A stretch of 64,000 nucleotides of DNA, taken from Fimicolochytrium jonesii. Its lineage: Eukaryota. The stretch covers positions 434,001 through 498,000 of the forward strand of contig NW_026515686.1 in the NCBI RefSeq assembly GCF_025526975.1. The letters run 5' to 3'. This document shows, piece after piece, positions 23,076 through 35,265 of the stretch. Positions within the stretch are counted from its first letter, which is position 1. Every line of letters begins with the position of its first letter. Made by a program: the position numbers and the translations under genes. The notes beneath the pieces are model-generated. The model had not been told where the DNA came from and searched no databases. It was given only the letters and a program-made list of their open reading frames with translations.

Positions 23076-25110
23076 ATTCGTCACGTTCCGTTGGTCTTGG
23101 GTTCCGGACGCGACAGGATCTCGTCCGCGGAGGGTGAGTTGGACGTCTACAGTTGTCGATCCACGACCCCGTCGCGGACAAAGACGGGCCCAGCGGCCCG
23201 ATAGCAGATTGGCTACGCCACCTCCGCGGCGTGGCGCCCAGATCGAGGGATTCCGAACGGCGACCGTGCGGGCGTCGGCTGGACGCGACGGCAGGACGGG
23301 ATGCCATCTGCCGAGACCCTGCCGAAGGTCGCTTTGAAGGCCTCGGCAGACTCCTTTGAAATCCGCACGGGCTCTGCATCCGCTTTGGCGTCCATCGTCC
23401 CGGTGATGACATTGCGCCCCACGGGAGATTTCACCTTCAGCGGCAACGTATCTGCGAATATCTTGCAAGTGGGTACGAAGCTAATCACGGGAGACGGCGT
23501 GACGGAAACCGAAGGCCCGCTCGTCCAAAAGCTCAGCGGAAACTCGGGCAGCTCCACCCAGTGGTACGGTGCGGACACGGATTACCTTCAGGTGGGCTAC
23601 GCCGGCAATGGGAGGTACATCGTCGCGACGGGCGACGCGACGGCTGGGAGGGTTCCAGGAACGCTCAGCCTGCAAGCTGGCGAAGGTAACGCGGACCAGG
23701 TGGTATTGGATGCAGACGGTTCTGTCCATGTCAACGGCGGCGCACTTCACGCGGCAAATGACCTTAACGTCGCCGGAAGCGCCGCGGTGGGAGACGAAGT
23801 GGTGGCAGCCGCGATCACCGCGCATACCGTTTCCGCCTCAACGTCGATGAACATTGGGTCGCTGGTGCTTTCAGACGCGGGATCCACCGGCTCTTTGAAC
23901 TTGGGAACTGCCCAAGGAACCGTCGCGTCGCTCGTCGCCAGGCAGTTGCGTCTCCTCGCCAGTCCCGGCTCGCTCACGGTTGCCTACGATGCTGCACATT
24001 CCACGTTCCGATGGACGCCAGCGGAGCTGGTCAAGGGATGACCTTGGCCGCCCATGCGACAAGCAACCTCTCCCTGACACCGGACGGGGACATCGCCCTG
24101 ACGTGCGGAACGACGCGGCTGAACGGCGACCTAGCAATCATAGGGGCGGTCTCCACCAGCGCAATGACCGTCGGCGGGCCCCTCACTGCTACGATGTTGG
24201 CGTTGGCGTCCGGGGGTGTGTCTCTCGTCCAAACGGGCGGTGCTTTACAGGTCCTCGCACCTTCAAGCAAAATCACACTGTCAGCGGATGGGGGCGCGAC
24301 GAACTTGTCCGTTGGGGTGAATTCAGACGGCGTGTGGGGTCTCTTTGGGAACGCGCCGCTCACAGCCAAGGGGGGTTGGGTGTGGATGACCATGTTTACT
24401 TCCGCGCCGGCGCTGGTGGACCTTGCGTTTCGTATTCCGGTCTGAGCGTGCAAGGTGGACCCCTGACGGCGACTGGAGGTGCGTCCTTTGAAGGCAACGT
24501 CCGGTTTTCTGGCAAGGTGACCGGGACATTGGAGATCGCCGGAGGGTCTCTTCGCCTCACGACGGATAGCGGGGACACGCTGTGCCAATGCCAGGCGACG
24601 CAGGCGACTTCCAATGTGCCCTTCGGAGTGGGCACCGCCGTGAGCGACGAGAAAGCCTTCGCGGTGGGCAACGCGCTGGTGGTAAACACCAGGGACGGGG
24701 TGATTGACCTCATGGGGAGCACCTTAATCAACGGCGCAGATCCGGCCACCCCTGGTGCCCTCTGCACCAAGAGGTACGTGGATGCTTTGCTTCGCGGTTT
24801 CGTGGTCAAGCCCGCCGTGCGGGCGGCATCCACTGTGAACCTTGATCTGACGTCTCCTGTAGGTAACTTGGCGGACGCGGCTGTGCTGCTTGCATCGGGT
24901 GACAGGGTTCTCCTCTGGCACCAGACGAACGCTGTGGAGAACGGAATCTACGTGGTGACGCCCCAAGGTTATGCCGCCCGCGCCGGAGACCTTGCCATCG
25001 GCACTTTCGCCGCCCAAGCTTTGGTGTATGTCATGGAAGGTACGTACGTGGGCAGATCGCTAATCTGTATCTCCCCCTCCACGGCGTGCGTGGTCAACAC
25101 CCACCCGCTG
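23060..25110 (+). pseudogene. Large beta-rich virion fibre/decoration-like protein in several frames, truncated
   Basis: Pieces 23301-24041, 24011-24445 and ~24420-25110; the last has TKRYVDALLRGFVVKPAVRAASTVNL..GDRVLLWHQTNAVENGIYVV..RAGD..VYVMEGT, typical of phage/giant-virus fibre proteins. Confidence 0.72.
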
Positions 25111-25564
25111 GGTTCTGCACATCACCCCAAAATGTTCTTCGAATGGTTCCTTTTAGAAGATTTCGCGGTTTGCCTTCCTTCCATCGAGTCCAGCTCACTA
25201 ACGTGCTTCAGATCTCGCAACATCTCAACCTCTGTGTTCTACGCCTGTAAACAACATCGATGTACGCTCGCTTGTACAGTTCGGTTCTCTATCCGCGGGC
25301 ACCATATGCTGATCAGCCGTCACCACTCGGTCTGATGTTACGCCCAATTCACCATTATGTTTTGCTCTCTGCAGATCTTATTCACTCAAATGTGAGAGTC
25401 GATGTAGGCTATGTGGGGTTCTACATTAAATTAGGATGTCCGCGCCAACCCCCAGCTATTGGTATATTGCATGTCGCGGGGTTCTGGGGGCTCAACAATT
25501 CATCTGGCTTCGGCGCTACTAGCTAGTCTAAGGGATATGGGAGGGAACTTTCAACGTCTACAGA

Positions 25565-27141
25565 TCAGAACAGGTTCTGCGTAAGCTTAAAGATGCTAGT
25601 GGTGTCGGCAGCAAGGACCGTCTTGTCAGCCAACGTGACGACCGAGGTGCTGCCAGTAGCGCCAACGTGATAGTCCGTCAGCTTGGCGCCGCTCTTGATG
25701 TCGTAGATGCTGACGGCGCCTGCAGTGTAGTACGCCGTCTGAGTATAATCAAAAACGTACAGACGTGTCGCAGCGACGCTGATGCCCTGCGGCTGGTTTT
25801 GCATAGCGATGGTCTTTTGCGAAACAACCTTGAAGGTGGTCTCGTCGATGGTGTAGAGGATGTTGCCACCGAGACCGTAGAGGGTGCCTCGAAGGGAGGA
25901 GAAGGAGGATGGCGATGATCTGGTGAACTTGAGCGCCGCGCCGAAGGCGCCCGTCTTGGCGTTGAAGCGGAGAAGGTTTCCATCAGGTCCGGCAACGTAC
26001 ACAAAACCGGCCTCCACATACAGATCAATAGGTTGCTGGAAGAACGGGAGTGGGTAGGGGCCCTTGGTCAGATCCAGCTGACCCTTGTTGGCAAAGGCGG
26101 CATCGGGTGTTCCGTTGGCAAGCCACTTGTAGATGGTGGTGCCGTGCACGGCAAAAACATTCCCGGTCTCATCGGCGCGGACTTCGACGGGTCGGTATTG
26201 CGCACCAAAGTCGTAGACAACATCGTACGCGGCAGCACCGAAAGAGGCGTAGCGGGTGATCTTGGTGTTGTCCCATCCAACGTACAGCTTTCCGTCCTTG
26301 CCGACGGCCATGGAAGCGATAGCCTGTGCTTGCGGCGGGGGCATTGGCTTCCAGGTGCCGAGACTGCGCACACGGTTAGCGACGGTGAAAGGCACGGATT
26401 TGGTGACGAAGGGCTTCTTGCTCCCGAGATCGGCCTGGACGGTGAACGTGTGCTGGCCGTTTGCGAGAGTGGATGTGTTCAAGCGGTATTCTGGGCCAGG
26501 ATACACACCGGATGGAGATGTAGGACCTTGGTCGACCCGTCCGCGGGCATTGGTCAAAGGCAAATCGGTGTTGAAGGTGCAGCCGATGGTGACGATTCCC
26601 GTGCTGAAGATGTCACCGCAAGAGGCGGCGGGGGCAATGCGAAGGATCAAAGAGCCATCGGGCTTGTTGCCGATGTTGTAGATGTTGTTGTAGCGCTGAG
26701 GGATTATGTCGAGGTTAGAGGCACACTATCGAAGATGCGTGACGGAACCGAGAGCAATACTCACGATGAAGAATTTGACGGTTTGAGGCAAGGGCTTGTC
26801 AAGAGTGGTGATGGGCGCATGCCACTTCCATGTCTTGGAAGCTTGCACAGGAGTTCCAGCAACGTTTACGCTAGTCTTCCACTGAAAGGTAAATGGCGCT
26901 GTCAGTTGGCATGTGCAATGACGGTTTTGCTCGCAAGAAAAGAGTTGCTTACATCGTCGACGGACCACTCAAGAACCACATCGGCTCTTGGGAACGTTGG
27001 GGTGAGGTCTTGTACCGTGGCGTCCAAGAACACGGCAGCTCCGGTGACGGACAGCACACCAGTCCAGTCACCGAGAGGCGCCTGGGCGACGACGCATGAC
27101 ACGGCGAAGAAAATGGATGCGATGGTAGCGAGGAAGTGCAT
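25565..27141 (-). CDS. Secreted protein with an Ig-like domain and an NHL/beta-propeller-like C-terminus (3 exons)
   Basis: Signal peptide MHFLATIASIFFAVSCVVA; introns GTAAGC ~26952 and GTGAGT ~26764; YRLNTSTLANGQHTFTVQA..VPFTVAN; repeats SMAVGKDGKLYVG, VRADETGNVFA, PIDLYVEAGFVYVA, PQGISVAATRLYVFD. Confidence 0.75.
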
Positions 27142-27449
27142 CGTGATGAATCAGAATGTGAGACGGGGAAGAATGCGTTGCTGTTTCTCGAAGAGCCATC
27201 ATCCCTCGCCTTTTATACCCGCGAATGCATTGGGCGAGGCATAAGAGGGGCACCCGACCCACCCGCACGGCGCATTGTTTTTTCGGGTTTGGGGTTTTGG
27301 GGTCGTGCCCCGCTTGCATGCCATCTCCAAGTGCAGTCGGGAAAAACTGGCGAGGCTCCCTTTGCATACAACAAAGCCTTGTTGTTTACATCAGAACAGC
27401 GAAAGATTTGAGTCCTCAAAAAAAGCAGTAGGCGAGCTTTCGCAGCAGT

Positions 27450-30400
27450 TTGGTGCTGGAAGAAGCTCAGACTGAACTTGGGGATGATGTTACTGGAGTG
27501 ACCGCAGAGTCTAGCCCGAGCTCTGGAGACATTTGGGGACGCTGTTACGGTTCTGCGCTGCCTAAACTTGGCATTCAGGCCCCGCCTAGAAAAAAAACTT
27601 GCATCCCGCCTGATCCGTTTGACAGCCGGTTTCCCGTTTGCGCATCGAACGGAAGAGGCCGGTCATCGCAGCACGCCTCCGTTTGGTTGGAGGGGGTGCA
27701 TTTCGTCTCCACCAACTTACAGGCGTTGTTACTGTTGTTCGAGTCGAGGGTGTCTGTAAGATGGGATCTGCCTGATTTTGCCGTGCGAGTGGTAGACGAA
27801 AGACGTCCTTGCTGCAACACAGAGAAGTTGAGAGAAACAAAATTGCGTCGTCGATTGTGGCCTTAGAGAATCGTCGCGCAAGATCTTTCTCCCGCCGCCG
27901 CCGCGCTGTCGAATTGTGTCAATGTGCTGCCGAATGACATTCCTGACTGTGAATGCAATGTGGTCCGGGGTTTGTTTCTCGACATGGACTCGAGCCGGGC
28001 CATGTTCATTTTTGAAGGTACAGAGGAAATAGAAACGTGATGCAAACGTTGACGTATCTACCAGATCTGACTACACCATTCCCTGTCAACGCCTTTCCGG
28101 GTCGAGGTCTGTCGAGCCGCTCGCTTGAGACCGTTGTCGCCTTCCGTGCTTCGAATGCTTCACTGTGTTCCGAATGGCAGGAGGCTCAGTTCTGCCTCGA
28201 TCGCCTTCTAGAATGAATCGACATTAGCATGGACTAGCCTGCCCAGCATCTACGCTCACTTATCCATGAATTTGCGGAAACATTCCGTACGCACTCCCTT
28301 CGAAGGATTCCTCCCCCAGTCCATCTTCCTGATCACTCTGTGGTAGTGTACAGATAGTGGTATCAATCCCACCGTCGTGCACATACTATTGATGCCACTG
28401 CCACAGCCGCCATCTCAAGACACCTCCCGTCGCTCGCAAATGACTTTGGCCTAAGTCCCTTCCAAGAATCAACCCCTCTCATGTGAACCATTCTGCATCC
28501 ATCTCTCGCTAGGCCTCATGCTATCGAGTTCGTTCCACGGGCTGACAGTGAGCGGCGTGTACCTCCACGACCTCTAGGTTCGTCAATATTACTTCCCTTT
28601 CCGGTAAATGGCGCCCGAGATGGAAATCGCTCGGTTCCGAAAGAAGTTTCTGGGTAGGACGTTGTTGATAGATTGGGCGTTTGCCGCGAGGTTCCCACGA
28701 CCACTTCAAGGGTAAAGCTCATGCGAATCTGTGGACCGCTCCGCTCAGGGTGACTGCTTGACAGTATACATGGCACGAGTACGTCGTATGCGGTAATGCA
28801 CAGGATTCAAATCATACTGACCGAATGGGCGCCGTTGTATGCGGTGTCCGCAGCGGAGCAGTAACTGTCAGCGGCGTTGATCTGAGCGATGTTAACAAGT
28901 GAGTAGACCTTGGCGGTATCAAAATTGCGCGATGTGGTGACAGCGCCGGAGCTGTAAGCATCCGCATCAACGTTCGTAGGTGTGTTCAAAGTCGAGTCCT
29001 TAGCAGACGCGTAGGAGGCTGGCGCAGCTCTCGGCATTACTCTGCGCAGATTGCTGGGTGTAGGCATTCAATGTGGTGGCGTTGTGCTGGGGTGAGCGCT
29101 ACTGCATCTTACTAGCGTGCGGCTTTGGCGTCATTGATATCGAGTTCGGGCACCGGTTTCTCCTCATCGACGAAGTCCATAGCGCGCGGGGAAATTGAAA
29201 AGTCAGCACGGGATCGATGCGCCTTTGGAAGCAAAGGCTCGATGGGACAAATCGGAAGCTGTGAAACACTGCGTTAGCCACTGGTCACATATATTTCAGG
29301 ATTCTGTGATGCAAAGAAGTAAACTTTGCTTACCTCAAAGTTCCGAGCAAACTCCCGGAGATCGGCAAATATGACTTCCATGGTTGCGCGATAGATGCGG
29401 TGCGCTGATGGTTGAAGAGCCATGTCTTGCCGTCCTTCGGTGACTGACGCAGGTATCTCAGGGAAGTACGAAGCTAGAGCTTGACAGAAGGTTTCGGGTA
29501 TCACATGGATCCTGGGCTTATATGTCGGGTTTCTCATATGTACGCGGCTGGTTCGTTAGCGCTCCACATGTAGCCGTGGGAGCGAGCCGTGTAACACGAG
29601 TGGTGTGCTCGCCGAGCCACATTGTTGTGCAGCAGAGTCCACATGGTCGGGGGTTTCGGAAGTACTCCAATCTATGAGGGTCGACGACAGTGAAGGGCAA
29701 GGACAGATACTGAAAGTCAGGTGGTGTATTTTGATCAGGCGCGAGCGAGTCCCGCTGCATCGAAAAGAGTTCACTTCGACTTGGCAAGGCGACGCTCAAA
29801 GAAGCAGATGAATAAACTACGGAAAAGTCTGGTCGCTTGGGGAGATGTCCGCAGCCGCGATCCCGCAAGCTGGGCGAAGGATGGCTTCGCGGATAAGGTC
29901 GGACTTGGCCGATGGAGTCGAAGTATTCCTGTGCTTGCCACGCCGGGCAGTCTGTCCCACCATTCGCCTTGCTCGTGAAGGAGCTTGCGCGCGTACCTAG
30001 TTCACGGCCAACATTGAGAGAGGTTGTTCCAAACATCAAATCCCATCCCATCCCAAAAAGGTACAAGGAACCGGTGTTGTTTCTGTCATTTTGTCCTTTT
30101 CTGACAGCAACAGAGTCTGCCATGGGGACCTTGTGATGCTCCTCCCTCTTTCACTAGGAGCAAACGTCTCCTATGACCGATCATGCTCCCCTCAGCAAAA
30201 GTTAGGCACCTGACGCCTCGCACATAATCTTCAGAGATGTCGACGCGCATTGTTGTTGTAGTTACTGTTGTTCGAATTATGGAATAAAAAGTCTCCGGTC
30301 CATATCTTGTAAGCTCTGTGGTTCTATTTTGTAATGTGATGTTATAAGTTGCTTCACCCGTCCCATGGTGCATCCCTGAATATTGCTAGAAACCCCGCGC

Positions 30401-32950
30401 TCCGATGGCTGGTAGCTTCTCCACGAGCCTGCAGCTGACCACATTGGCCAATCAGACCAGGTTCCGACACTAATAGCCTGTGTTGATAGAACGTAAAGCT
30501 AACTCGAGAGGCCAGATCATTAATTTGGAGGAGGATGAGGCCGCTGCTGCGTTTTTGTCTCCGACCTTGATGGCCCCCGTGCTCTTCACTCTCTGCGGCC
30601 CCGGTGTGGCATTATCCCAACCGTTCGCTGGCCTTTCCTATTCCCATACGCCGCGGTGAACCTTCCCAGCTCTGCGTTGCGTTCATGTCAGGATCTTTAC
30701 GCTGACTTGAACCGTTCATGCCGATCATGCAACCTTTCAATTCCTTTCCGTATCGCAGATCTTCTTCACACAGGTCGGCCACCTCACAGGTTGGTTACTC
30801 GTTCTCCTCGTCCAGTCGTTGGGTAGTGGATTAACGTTCCGATTCTCCTGGTTCATTGGCATCGGTTCCCACCAAACCGCCAGTTCCAATGTACACGGTT
30901 TATCCGACCGTTTAGTGTCCTTGCCATATTTTTTCAGCTCCGACGACGGTGACATCCTGAAAAGTGGAAACTTATCCTCCACCCGACCTCCTAACTGGTT
31001 CTGCTTCTATTAACGACGCGTTTTGCCGAGGTCACCGCAGAAGGCCCCCGACAACGTTTGTGTTTCCGGTGTGGCCCGCCCTTCTGCGGCATCAGATGGA
31101 GGCCAGGATGTGCGTAGCGTGTTGCACCGATAGAACACTGCGTCCTATGCAAGCGTGGTCGTTTCTCCCTCCCCTCAGGGCCCCACCAAGCAAAATGATA
31201 ATCGTATAAATAATCGACGGCGGTCATTTTGTGGACTTTCGGATTTGGGCGACGGGATTCTTCGCAACATAGCTCGCTGTCCCGCGAGAAACGCCTAGTA
31301 GAATCGTGTTTGACCTTGGGGGCAATAGCGAGCTTCGTTGCATCCAAACTGTTGGCCTTCAGTTCGCGTGATACTCAAATGTTCGTGCGAGGTGTCTCGA
31401 AAGGTAGTCCCGGCCATCGTCCCACCGCTACCGTCGAACGTTCGATTGATGACGCTATGCGCCGCTTGGTTTTAATGACGGTTCGCGAAGAAGCGCGCAT
31501 CAGTTGCCCAGGAAACCCCCCGACATCCAAGATAGCAGGTGCTGACGTCTCAGACGGCTTTTACTCCACGGATACTCCACGCGTAGAGCCTTGCGGATCA
31601 TGATGAAAGTGTCGACGAGAATCGAATTGTGAACGTCCTTCCACTGCTCGTCCGTGGGCTCGCTCAAAATATCCAGGTCTATATCTTGCACCGTCAGATG
31701 CTTGCGGTGACGGGCCGCATGCTGTACGCTTGCTGCTTCCAAGACGATGCGTATGTCTCGCACGGCTTTTTTCTCGCGGCTAGTGGTCTCCTCCCAGGAC
31801 TTGTCCTGCTTCGCTGCTTCGCAGCAGAGATGTTGGCGAGAATGGAAGATGTGGTGTTCTACGCGTCCAAAGTATCGATAGATCGTGTGCAATATCGGGC
31901 GTCTTACTCTTGTCATAATGTATAGACTTGCATCGGAAAAAGTAGTGTGTCGCGCAGGAAAGTTGATATTCGAAATGGAGGAGGGTTGACTGTGAAACAC
32001 GTTCAAAGTAAGTTACACGTTCAAAGTAAGTTACTGGCCGGCTGTGCTTCCACATGTCTTTCACGAAGTCTTTTTGCAGTTAGGTTGTTCATCCCTCCTC
32101 CTACCCGGCGCCGCCATAGCCGAAGGATCCACCCTTCCTCACGCCAGGAAGTTCCAATACGATCTTCTTGGACATCGGCTGTTTGCTTAGAGAGGTAAAC
32201 TGTCGGGCCGGCTTTAGGTGCTTTTGTGACTGAAACATTGGCCCGCGGTGCGCAGAAATAGGGTGGATTGCGTGGGGGTTGCCGCGCGTCTTGTTCCGTC
32301 ACCGACGGTGTAAAGGTGAAAGTGTCACATGGGAACGTCCAGAAAGTCATTTTTGGTTGGGGGGCCGGTTCTTATGTCGATTGTATTTTTCGCAGTCGTT
32401 ACGCTGACAGGTCCAGTGGTCCCACCGACAGCGGTGTACGCAGATTTTGAATTCAGCGTTCTCCCGGTGGGCGTCCGCGATCGGTTTTGCGAGCATCGCC
32501 GTCGGCCTCGTGAACATCCCCATCTCCCCGTGTCATGTGGGTGTCTTGCAGACGGGATAAAAGTTGCTTTTCGGGGTTCTCCAGTCCATCGCCGCCTCTG
32601 GGGTTGTGGCCCGCGCGTCTTCTTGTCGCCTGCACCGCCGTTGCCGTTTGGGAGGCCTTCTTGCGGGCAATTCTCTTTTTATTCAGAATCAGAAGAAGGA
32701 GGTGTTTTTGGTTTCCATATACTCGTCAGACGGTGTGTGATACCGTGTGGGTTGTGGGCAGTGTGCTCCCGGAGGAGACGCAACAAGCGATCTTCCGTTG
32801 TGTCGAAAAACTGCTCAGAACGTTCCCCCCTGGCATCCTCCGTGCGAAAAGGGGGGCTTTTAAGGTATCCTTCTACGCTCTGGGGTCGTCTGGTTCTGCG
32901 CCGACGGCTGGCTTCTAAGCCTTCTATTATGCTCCTGAACCTGTGACTTC
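27450..32950 (-). other. Degenerate coding remnants, unresolved
   Basis: Scattered protein-like minus-strand fragments with splice-like signals (e.g. 29274-29537, 31500-32006, 32679-32954), interrupted by stops; no domain recognised. Confidence 0.3.
31997..32034. repeat. 18-bp direct tandem duplication
   Basis: ACACGTTCAAAGTAAGTT x2. Confidence 0.9.
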
Positions 32951-33795
32951 GCAAGTTGGAACGCGACCGTGGAATGTGACCTCATCCGATTGCGGTGTAG
33001 GCGTAACAAAGTCAGCCCTGCACAACTATGGCGTCGAAAGGGAGGTCAGAGCGACTATCGCACATCTGTTCGGGGCGACAGGTTTTCTCAGTTGATCGAT
33101 CAGTAGCGAAGAACGCCCTTCAGCCACATCAACCTCACGCCTTGTTTGGATGCGGAATCGTTTACTGCAACGGTCGTCTTCGCATTGTATTTTGTCTCGG
33201 ATTAGGTGTGACTGATAGGATACCGGCCAAAGTTCGAGCTCACTCTCATCTCCGTATCGCCTCAAACCTCTTACAGTGGGGGGGCCGAGGGTGTTCTGAG
33301 AATGCTTCCCAGGTCGATCTTTGCTGGCGCCGCACTGAAGCTAGATATGACGCCCAAGGTCGCGTTTCGTCACCGTCTTTCGCAGCTCCGCCAGAACATG
33401 ACCGCCAGGTATCGGACATTGCCACAGGACATACTGTACCGCTCATGCAGGTTATGCCGACTCGGGCAGAAGGAAGGTCCACAGCTGTTCGATTTCGATG
33501 CTCGGAGTAGCCGTGGAAATCGACAAGGTGCTCGGCGTGGGAAAGTGCTGTTAAGGGAAATGCGGTCAGTCACCGCGACTGCAATTGCCCTACCCTGCAA
33601 GATGGCGTGGCGTCCGCCCCGGTCATCTTCTCAAGAAGACGAGTACATACCTGCACAAACGGGCTTTGGGTGTTGCAGAGATTGTCGGAAGGTTGTTGGG
33701 GGAATATGCCGCGGAAGCTGTCACGCCAAGTTTGACACCATGAGGGAGAGCATGCTGAGGGTACGGGGGAGACGTGGGTATATCTCACATACAGT

Positions 33796-34858
33796 ACGTT
33801 CGCGCAGTTGCGCCGCGACAACTCCGCCGACGCTTTTTCCACCGCTCCTCTTTTCAACGTTGCTTTTGGGAACGGCGAAACCACACACACCCAACTGACC
33901 TGAGCCTTTGTGGGACATCTAAACCAGGTATGAGGAGCAACGCTAGCTGGTCTGTTTAGGGCAGTAAGTATTTGGATTGCTGACCTTTACCAAGCAGAAC
34001 TCCTGAAAAGCGCCAACCCCCAAACAACGTGCTACTAGCAAACCTTCGGCGCCCTGCAAAAGTGGAAGAAGCCCTCCTAGGACATTGACGCAAAGGGTAG
34101 TAGCATTCCCTGACGGGGTCGGTGTGGGACCCAGGTGGGCAAGGATAGGCAAGACCTGTGATGTCGATGTGTTTGTCAAGCTTCACCTTGAGCTGACCGT
34201 GTGCATTGCGGGCCCGCTGGGCTAAGGGGATGACCGACTCAGCGAGGACAAGTCCCTCTGGTTCAGCAGTAAATCGAAAGAACTTCATTGTGCGTGACCG
34301 CTTTCCACCTGTTTTCCCAGTGCTGTGATAGGTTGGGGCCCCACCATTGGCCATGGTGTAGATCTGCACCTCCTGCAAAATGGTAATAAGCTTGTCGGCC
34401 GCTGCCTGTATGTTTGGCTCTTGGTTGTTGCGGAACATAAACAATGTGGTACCGGCATTTGACGTGCGAGCCTTCCCCTTTCGCAGATTCAGCACCCCTG
34501 CTTCTTTTGCTTCCAAGGGTTGCAGGGCTCATTTCATGTCTGATTCCATATATCGCAAAGCACATGGGTTTCCCTGTCCTTTGCCGCTGCACGGAGCAAC
34601 TGGTTCGGGGTCTGTGGCATCTCTCTAAAACTCATTCCCAAAGTCAATATGGGCTTCCCGGTTCTGAACTTTGGAGGACACCTTCATCATACCCTTTGTG
34701 TCAATGTGCAACAGACCAGCTAGTGTCCCATACCTGTTTTAGTTATCCCGCAAAGTCTCAGGTCAGTTGGGTGTGTGTGGTTTCGCCATTCCCAAAAGGA
34801 ATGCTGAAAAAAGGAGCTGTGGAAAAAGCATGGGCGGAGTTGTGTACTGCCCGAATGT
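33796..34858. mobile_element. Non-autonomous TIR-bounded element with ~150-160 bp imperfect inverted repeats and an internal ORF fragment
   Basis: 33796-33955 is the imperfect reverse complement of 34711-34858 (shared core GGCGAAACCACACACACCCAACTGACCTGAG); internal minus-strand ORF 33956-34516. Confidence 0.75.
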
Positions 34859-35265
34859 GAGCGCTGAGTGTCAGGTCCTGTGAGAGAGGTGAGAGCAGCT
34901 ACAGTATAATATCTATCGCGTGGGAAGGGGTTCTAGTTCACCGCCGTGGGACCAACCCGCGGCTCCTCCGGCTTAGGTGCACACCCAAGGGACCCGCCCG
35001 CCTGCGTGTTATCACGTACTGGAAATTGCAATATCGGCCAAAGACGGGTCCACTCCCCGCCCGCTGCACGCTTGTCGCCTACAAGCTTCAAGAGAAGGGT
35101 CAGGGCGCTGTCCAAAACCCACAGATCCCGTCTATCAATAGCACAATATCGGTCCGTGACGGAGCTCTCCTCCCGTTCTCATCCTTGCTGAAGTCGCTCT
35201 AGTCAGTTCAGCACACTCCGGATACCCGCCAATATCGTCACCATCACCTAGGTACCGTACCCAAA

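Larger units (their letters stand above)
18469..25110. mobile_element. Degenerate endogenous giant-virus (NCLDV-like) element fragment
   Basis: Intronless, tightly packed, frameshift-riddled ORFs: conserved NCLDV hypothetical protein, Mre11-Rad50 fusion, two fibre-like proteins; flanked by intron-containing host genes. Confidence 0.82.

Noticed and set aside
18469..25110. Bacterial or prophage contamination as the explanation for the block
   Set aside because: The first gene is an NCLDV-type family, all ORFs are decayed, and the block is contiguous with spliced fungal genes; not fully excluded without reads
26033..27244. 403-aa plus-strand ORF
   Set aside because: Antisense to the secreted propeller gene
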